A program made the translations under genes and the position numbers. From assembly GCA_030745285.1 (NCBI GenBank), contig JASLOV010000121.1, forward strand, positions 1 to 36,323: a stretch of DNA of 36,323 bases, read 5' to 3'. The stretch is from Dehalococcoidia bacterium (GTDB lineage: Bacteria > Chloroflexota > Dehalococcoidia > UBA2979). The notes beneath the pieces were generated by a model. It did no database searches, had not been told where the DNA came from, and was given only the letters and a program-made list of their open reading frames with translations. This document shows positions 35,464-36,323 of this stretch, in pieces (the first letter of the stretch is position 1; every line of letters begins with the position of its first letter).

Positions 35464-35892
35464 GTGAGCTGCGAATCGGACATCGAGCAGGCGCTGCGCG
35501 AGAGTGGCCGCCGCTTTACGATGCAGCGCTCGAAGATCCTGACCGCGCTCCGCCACGGGGGTGGGCACCGCACGGCCGATGACATCTTCGAGCGGGTGCG
35601 GGCCGAAGACCCGCACGCCGGCATCTCGCGCTCGACGGTCTACCGCACGCTCGAGACGCTGATGCAAATGCAGCTTGTCTCGGAGCTGCCCGGCGCCGGC
35701 ACCTCGACGTACGAGTGGACGGATCGCGACGCGCCCCATCATCACCTTGTCTGCCGTCAGTGCGGTGCGGCCACCGAGATCGAAGTCCCGGCGCTGACCG
35801 AGATCGAATCGGAGATCCGCGCACGCACCGGATTCGAACCGGACATTCACCACTTGGGGATCACCGGCCTCTGCGCCAGTTGCAGGAGTTAG
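35464..35892 (+). CDS. Fur-family metal-responsive repressor (Fur/Zur/Nur type)
   Basis: RFTMQRSKILTAL, STVYRTLETL, HHHLVCRQCG...CASC. GGAGG is 8 nt upstream of the GTG. Confidence 0.85.
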   Translation: MSCESDIEQALRESGRRFTMQRSKILTALRHGGGHRTADDIFERVRAEDPHAGISRSTVYRTLETLMQMQLVSELPGAGTSTYEWTDRDAPHHHLVCRQCGAATEIEVPALTEIESEIRARTGFEPDIHHLGITGLCASCRS

Positions 35893-35924
35893 GCGCGCGC
35901 CGACGAGCCGAGGAAGGGAGGGAC

Positions 35925-36323
35925 GTGAGCATTGAATTCGCACTGATCGGCACCGGCCTCGGGCTCGGGCTGCGCCACGGCGTGGACTGGGACCACATCG
36001 CCGCGATCACGGATGTCACCGGCACTCAGCCCGAGCGCGCCAAGGCGATGCGGCTGGGCGCCCTCTACGCGCTCGGCCACGCCACGGTGGTCGTGCTGCT
36101 CGGTCTCGCCGCGCTCTGGGCCGGCTCGACGCTACCCGACTCGATGGACGCCGCGATGGAGGCGGTCGTCGGCGCGACGCTGCTCTCACTCGGACTGTGG
36201 CTGACCTACTCGCTACTGCGCGACGGGTCGAACTTCCAGCTGCGCAGCCGCTGGATGCTCGTCTTTGCCGCGGTGCGCCGGCTGGGCCGGGTGATCGACA
36301 CGCGCCTGACGGGCCGGGTGCAC
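35925..36323 (+). CDS. NiCoT/NicO-like nickel-cobalt transporter family membrane protein (3' partial at the window edge)
   Basis: GTG 35925 after GGAAGGGAGGG. The frame is open to the window end. The signature LRHGVDWDHIAAI (H-x4-D-H type) and hydrophobic helices are present. This ORF is not in the track because it is open-ended. Confidence 0.6.
   Translation, partial: MSIEFALIGTGLGLGLRHGVDWDHIAAITDVTGTQPERAKAMRLGALYALGHATVVVLLGLAALWAGSTLPDSMDAAMEAVVGATLLSLGLWLTYSLLRDGSNFQLRSRWMLVFAAVRRLGRVIDTRLTGRVH

Overview
This is a 36.3-kb high-GC (roughly 68-70%) chromosomal window. GGAGG-type ribosome-binding sites, a GAAC-N4-GTTC SOS box and DinB/TIGR03084/LLM genes suggest a Terrabacteria lineage, either Chloroflexota/Thermomicrobia-like or actinobacterial. 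That placement is inference only, since no search was possible. Content in order: (1) An MvhD-like / HdrD-like / etfA / etfB redox operon (1-4397, +), with a ~150-aa extension on EtfB. (2) A decayed Ser/Thr kinase (-). (3) A LexA-box-controlled imuB - small ORF - dnaE2 mutagenesis cassette (5497-10904, +) with no imuA. (4) A DinB-like gene, TIGR03084, a multi-lesion pseudogene, SDR, SPFH and typA (+). (5) A cobalamin riboswitch followed by a B12-type binding lipoprotein and cobQ (-). (6) DinB, a methyltransferase, an interrupted lipoprotein, and an MsbA-like ABC exporter divergent from padR plus a second methyltransferase. (7) A minus-strand block: cupin, DinB, a hotdog-dehydratase pair, a 13-bp x5 tandem array, a MalT-like STAND/TPR regulator ending in a SARP (wHTH+BTAD) module, an SOS-box-like site with 11-bp-phased heptamers, and a 35-aa signal-peptide ORF. 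I consider this block the best candidate for an undescribed, possibly peptide-sensing, regulatory system. (8) A 5'-3' exonuclease, an LLM oxidoreductase, a frameshifted crp/fnr, a fur-family regulator and a NiCoT-like transporter (3' partial). I saw no rRNA, tRNA, CRISPR array or transposase. Two signals cut across the window: at least eight frame or stop lesions confined to accessory and regulatory genes, and recurrent perfect 13-bp tandem duplications in intergenic DNA. All family calls rest on motif recognition by eye, not on database searches.
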